The translations under genes were made by a program, and so were the position numbers. From assembly GCF_009914755.1 (NCBI RefSeq), contig NC_060926.1: a DNA stretch of 64,000 nt; one strand, written 5' to 3'. A model generated the notes under the pieces. It had not been told where the DNA came from and ran no database searches. It saw only the letters and a program-made list of their open reading frames with translations. Source of the DNA: the human T2T-CHM13v2.0 reference genome, Homo sapiens. Below are positions 58,049 to 64,000 of the stretch, one piece after another (within the stretch, counting starts at the first letter, position 1; each line of letters begins with the position of its first letter).

Positions 58049-58138
58049 CTCTTAACATTGAAGTGGAACAAAATGGGAAACCGTCCCTGGTTGATTTGAA
58101 TGAAGAAATGCAGCACATGGATGTAGAGGAATCACAGT
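58049..58138 (+). CDS. BIRC6: BIRC6 exon 14 (90 nt, phase 1 to 1; possible 132-nt form starting at 58007)
   Basis: cctttgtctccag|CT CTT AAC ... CAG T|gtgagt; encodes LNIEVEQNGKPSLVDLNEEMQHMDVEESQ. Confidence 0.9.
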
Positions 58139-58605
58139 GTGAGTTAAATTATAGAGCTGTTGTCCATGACAGTAAAAGGAGTAGTGATCTGAATGCAACA
58201 TGTCGGGCAAGATTTCCTTATGGCTTGCAAAAACTTGGTTTCAAGAACACAATTAAAAAATAACCTATAATTCTGCTTTGGCAATATGCTTTAACTTTCA
58301 GCTCATCTTTTGTGACCACAGCTGCGCTAATGCATTCTTGGTTTTTAATACCTTGGGATTTGAAATCAAGTCGTGGTTTATAATTTTTTTGAAAATAAAG
58401 GTGAACTGTAAAATAATATGGGAATGGAAAGCAACATAACAAATAATTGATTATAGTTCCTTAGCATGACAATTCTTATTTTAACACATTCTAAGTATGA
58501 TATTTTGTGTGGTGGTATTATATGTAAATGGGATGATATTTGCTTATTAAATATTACATTTTAAATGAATGAATTTAAAAGAAAAATATGTATTTTTCTT
58601 TTTAG

Positions 58606-58737
58606 GTCTTAGATTATGTCCATTTTTGGAGGATCATAAAGAAGACATTCTATGTGGGCCAGTATGGCTTGCTAGTGGCCTTGATCTATCAGGGCATGCT
58701 GGAATGTTGACGTTAACAAGCCCCAAACTTGTTAAAG
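58606..58737 (+). CDS. BIRC6: BIRC6 exon 15 (132 nt, phase 1 to 1)
   Basis: tttttag|GT CTT AGA ... AAA G|gtgaag; encodes LRLCPFLEDHKEDILCGPVWLASGLDLSGHAGMLTLTSPKLVK. Confidence 0.94.
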
Positions 58738-59126
58738 GTGAAGTAATACATTTTACAAAAGCAGAATTAATAATACCACAGTTGTAAAAAAGACGAAAAA
58801 AAACTGATCTCAAAAAAAATAAGATTGTTTTCTTTGGGACTTTCGTTCGAAATTTCATCAGTTTTCTGGTAGCTGAGGTCATTTCCTGTCATAAAGTAAC
58901 TAACTGTATGGTTATCTGATCCTACTTTTTGTGTCTTAAGAGGTCTCAGTGCTTTTTGAAAAAACGTTGAAGAAATGACTACAGGATGACTTAGTGTGAC
59001 ATAACAGAGCTCTTTTGAGTAAGCAGACATAATGTTCTGCCATTTTTACCCTTCCCATCACATCAGAGTCCCGTCTCTTCAGAGTTTTATTATATATTAT
59101 TACAGTATCTTCCCTTAAAAGAGGTA

Positions 59127-59743
<617 letters not shown>

Positions 59744-60098
59744 AAAAGAGGATTTTTATTAGAAGAGCTTCGCCAGTATCATATACAATGATTTGAGTGT
59801 CATAAACAAATGCAGATTATAATGAATGTTTTGAGATAATGGGCTATCATGTTGATAATTTAGAAATATCAGTGGTAGGACGTTTTCAGCTTTTGTATTC
59901 TGGGGGTAAATAAAAAAAACCAACACAAAATGACTAGTTCAATTGTTAAAGAAATTTGGGGTGGGGTGGGATGTAGAGATCCTTCTCCAACCCAAGAAAA
60001 TAACTGACCAACTATATATCAGCTATTTACATTTGTGTACATTTGCTTCCTAATGTTTGTCCACATTCACACATAACCATTTAATTGCAGACATAGTA

Positions 60099-60329
60099 CA
60101 GGTCAAGTATCCCTTATCTGAAATGCTTGGGACCAGAAGTGTTTCAGATTTCAGATTCTTTTCTGGTTTTGGAATATTTGTGATATACTTAACTAGTTCA
60201 GTATTCCTAATCCAAAAATCCAAAATATGAAATGTTCCAATGAGCATTTCCTTTTAGCATCATATCGGCTCTCAAAGAGTTTTGCATTTTAGAGCATTTT
60301 GGATTTTCAGATTAGGGATACTCAGCCTG
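60099..60329. mobile_element. Tigger4a/MER46-like MITE
   Basis: TA|CAGGTCAAGTATCCCTTATC ... GATTAGGGATACTCAGCCTG|TA: terminal inverted repeats with TA target duplication. Confidence 0.85.
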
Positions 60330-60484
60330 TATATATGCAAGTTTTGTGCTTTCTTATTGTCATTAGGTTTTCGAGATGTTATGTGTTAGGTTTCATGCTG
60401 GGATACAGTAGTGAACAAAAACTAATCTCAAATTGTTTAGATTATAGGTTTTGTTCAATGAGAGTGTGCATCTTAAATTTTTAG

Positions 60485-60724
<240 letters not shown>

Positions 60725-61729
60725 TAAGATATTTTTTTCCATAAAATTCTCCCCAGCATCTTTGAAACTGAATAAGATAAGTGCTAAGTTTTTTTGGACG
60801 AGTAAAGGGGTAACATTGGCCAAAGAAATTTTGAAACAGAATGTCAGATACCACAACACAGAGAATAGTACAGTAGTGTTAAGAAAAATGTAACAGTGTA
60901 GTGCTAGCACAGCAGGCAGGTAGCTAAGTAGAGTGATAGCATTTATAATCATGAAAGATTTAATACCTGGTAATGCAACAATAGACTGATAGTTTGCTGG
61001 CAGATGTAGTAATTTAATGATAATTAAGAAATGTATTTTATATATAGATTGTATAGTATGATCCCAATTTGGTTAATATCACATACTAGTGATAATAATT
61101 ATTTGAGTGTTCTTTTTTTTTTTTTTTTTTTGAGACGGAGTCTTGCTCTGTCGCCCAGGCTGGAGTGCAGTGGTGCCATCTTGGCTCACGGCAAGCTCCG
61201 CCTCCTGGGTTCACGCCATTCTCCTGCCTCAGCCTCCTGAGTAGTTGGGACTACAGGCGCCCGCCACCACGCCCCACTAATTTTTTTTTGTATTTGTAGT
61301 AGACGGGGTTTCACTGTGTTAGCCAGGATGGTCTCGATCTCCTGACCTTGTGATCTGCCTGCCTCACCCTCCCAAAGTGCTGGGATTACAGGCGTGAGCC
61401 ACTGCGCCCGGCCTATTTGAGTGCTTTCTTTGTGCCAAGCACAGTTAACAGTGGTTTAGTTGACTCTGAGGTAGGAAATATTACTCTTATTTTACATTAG
61501 AAGAAACTGAGCCACAGAGAGGATAATTTGTCATGTGCCTAATAAATGGCAGAGCCATTTTTCAAACCCAGGTAGTGACTCCAAAGCCTGCATGCACATT
61601 TTTAACCGTCAGTACTATAATGCTATGTGTATATGTGCACATATATATGGATGTGTGTACATGTATGCATAAGAAGACTGGATGGATATACGTTCTGTTA
61701 TTATCTAGATGATAGCTTAATGACAGTTT

Positions 61730-61762
61730 TGTGTGTGTGTGTGCGTGTGTGTGTGTGTGTGT
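61730..61762. repeat. (TG)n microsatellite with one interruption
   Basis: tgtgtgtgtgtgtgcgtgtgtgtgtgtgtgtgt. Confidence 0.92.
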
Positions 61763-62061
61763 AGTTGATGACATTTTTACCATTAAAATGAATAATATTG
61801 GGGAAAAAACATGCCAAATGTTTATCTCAATTAGTCAAAGATAATGGTTTTATGCTATTCATATCATTCCTTTGTTGGTTGTTTTTTGCTGACAGCGTGT
61901 GAAGGTGGTTCAACTTTCTTCTGCTCAAACAGTATAATTTGAAAGTTCTGGCCTACTGTACTTTTTGTGGAGTTAGTTGTTGATCTTGTTCTATGAAGAT
62001 GAAAAACAGTGGAATTTATTGGTGATTCAGTTATTTTCCCCATTCTACTCCACTTCTCTAG

Positions 62062-62240
62062 GTATGGCAGGAGGAAAATATCGTTCGTTTTTAATCCATG
62101 TCAAGGCAGTGAATGAAAGAGGAACAGAAGAGATTTGTAATGGTGGTATGCGTCCTGTAGTAAGGCTTCCATCCCTAAAACACCAGAGTAACAAGGGTTA
62201 TTCACTTGCTTCACTTTTGGCTAAAGTTGCAGCAGGCAAG
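62062..62240 (+). CDS. BIRC6: BIRC6 exon 16 (179 nt, phase 1 to 0)
   Basis: cttctctag|GT ATG GCA ... GGC AAG|gtatga; encodes MAGGKYRSFLIHVKAVNERGTEEICNGGMRPVVRLPSLKHQSNKGYSLASLLAKVAAGK. Confidence 0.94.
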
Positions 62241-62385
62241 GTATGAAACTGTCATTTTGAACAATAACAATACAGTTTTAAACATTGTGGATCAGATTTA
62301 ACACACTATTAGAAGTAGTATGACCTTTCAGTGATGTTTTACTATACGCTTGGTTTGTTTGTATTTTGTCTTTGGAGTGACTTAA

Positions 62386-62658
<273 letters not shown>

Positions 62659-63298
62659 TAACCTCAGGTGATCTGCCCACCTTGGCCTCTCAAAGTGCTG
62701 GGGTTACAGGCGTGAGCCACTGCACCCAGCCTGAATTAACTTTAGGCAAATTACCTAGCTTTTGTAATGTATACTGAATAGGGAGTAATTGTTAGCAGAT
62801 ATTTCCCTTTATAATTATTTTAGACCATAATATTTATTTCTTTTGGTATGAGAGTTTCTTCATATGCCCTCTGTTGGCAACTCACAATCTTGTTTTTGGT
62901 GACTATTTGGGAGTATACAGAAAGAGAAGTTGGGGCGTAATTTTAAGACAGGTTCTAATCCTCATGGTTGATTTTCTGAAAGTAGCTGTGAACCATGCAG
63001 CTCCTTACAATTGACTTATCTTGGATTTCCTGGAAGTCAGGAAGGAGGTTTTGTTTATCATCATTATTTATAAGGAATCATACTGATACTGATCAGTAAT
63101 ACCAGGCATTTTACATATATATAGGTCTTCCAGTTTTTCAAGGACTTCTGTGTACTTTATCTGATGTAATCTTCATTATAACTCTGAAGTAGGCATAGCA
63201 GGTTCTGTTACCTCCCTTTTTTAAATACTGAAAGTGAGTGAACCTTAGCGATTGGGGAGCCTGACATATCTCACGTAGTTATTTTATTTTATTGTGTT

Positions 63299-63334
<36 letters not shown>

Positions 63335-63882
63335 GAGTCAGAGTCTTGCTCTGTTGCCCAGGCTGGAGTGCAGTGATGTGATCTCAGCTCACTGCAGCCT
63401 CCACCCACTGAGTTCAAGTGAATCTCTTGACTTAGCCTCCCAAGTAGTGGGATTAAAGGCACTTACCCATGCTTGGCTAACTTTTGTATTTTTTGGTAGA
63501 GATAGGGTTTCACTGTGTTGGTCAGGCTGTTCTCGAACTCCTGAGTTCTGTGATCTGTCTGCCTCGGCCTCCCAAAGCTCTGGGATTACAGGCCTGAGCC
63601 ACTGCACCCAGCGGAATTAGACCCAGGACTTTGGTTTTATCATCTGTAATCATTGGGTTATTGCCTTTAAAATAGTGGCTGTGTCTGTCTTTTTTTCCCC
63701 TATTATAATTCTGGAGAAAATTAGTCATTTACTGAATATGAGGGTACAAGCTATCATTTTAACTTGAGATTTATATTTTGATGGCCACAATTCAGTTATT
63801 TTCCTTTATTTTATAACTTCAATGGTAAATGATTTTTAGTTTAGTTTATTTTTTAAAATTCATTATTATTTGTAATGTTTAG

Positions 63883-64000
63883 GAAAAATCATCTAATGTT
63901 AAGAATGAAAATACAAGTGGCACCCGTAAATCTGAAAACCTCCGGGGCTGTGATTTACTTCAAGAGGTCTCAGTCACCATTCGAAGATTTAAGAAAACCT
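63883..64000 (+). CDS. BIRC6: BIRC6 exon 17 (5' part, cut by the window end)
   Basis: atgtttag|GAA AAA TCA; open to the window end as EKSSNVKNENTSGTRKSENLRGCDLLQEVSVTIRRFKKT. Confidence 0.92.

Overview
This window is primate, most likely human, genomic DNA from inside BIRC6 (BRUCE/Apollon), a giant BIR-domain IAP and E2/E3 ubiquitin ligase, on the + strand. Sixteen coding exons can be reconstructed from the sequence (exons 2-17 by my recalled numbering; the last is cut by the window end). All have AG/GT boundaries, and their phases chain into one uninterrupted reading frame of about 1,200 codons. That frame includes the complete BIR zinc-binding domain (exons 5-7, CxxC...H...C) and a 1,395-nt exon 10. 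The introns hold about 63 Alu copies or fragments (about 46 antisense, about 17 sense, several nested), a decayed antisense ERV-L provirus (pro-RT-IN-dUTPase-PPT-LTR), old L1/L2/MIR pieces, Tigger-family MITEs (MER44, MER2, Tigger3/4-like) and microsatellites. Almost all short ORFs in the supplied track are Alu or simple-repeat artefacts. I found no prokaryote-type novel system such as a CRISPR array or defence operon. The most interesting signals are in RNA processing: inverted-Alu-bracketed exon blocks that would circularise into stop-free ORFs (especially exon 10), an in-frame 42-nt alternative acceptor at exon 14, an in-frame internal donor in exon 10, four AAG acceptors, a distant-branch-point acceptor and a re-splicing site. 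Repeat subfamily names and boundaries were called by eye and are approximate.
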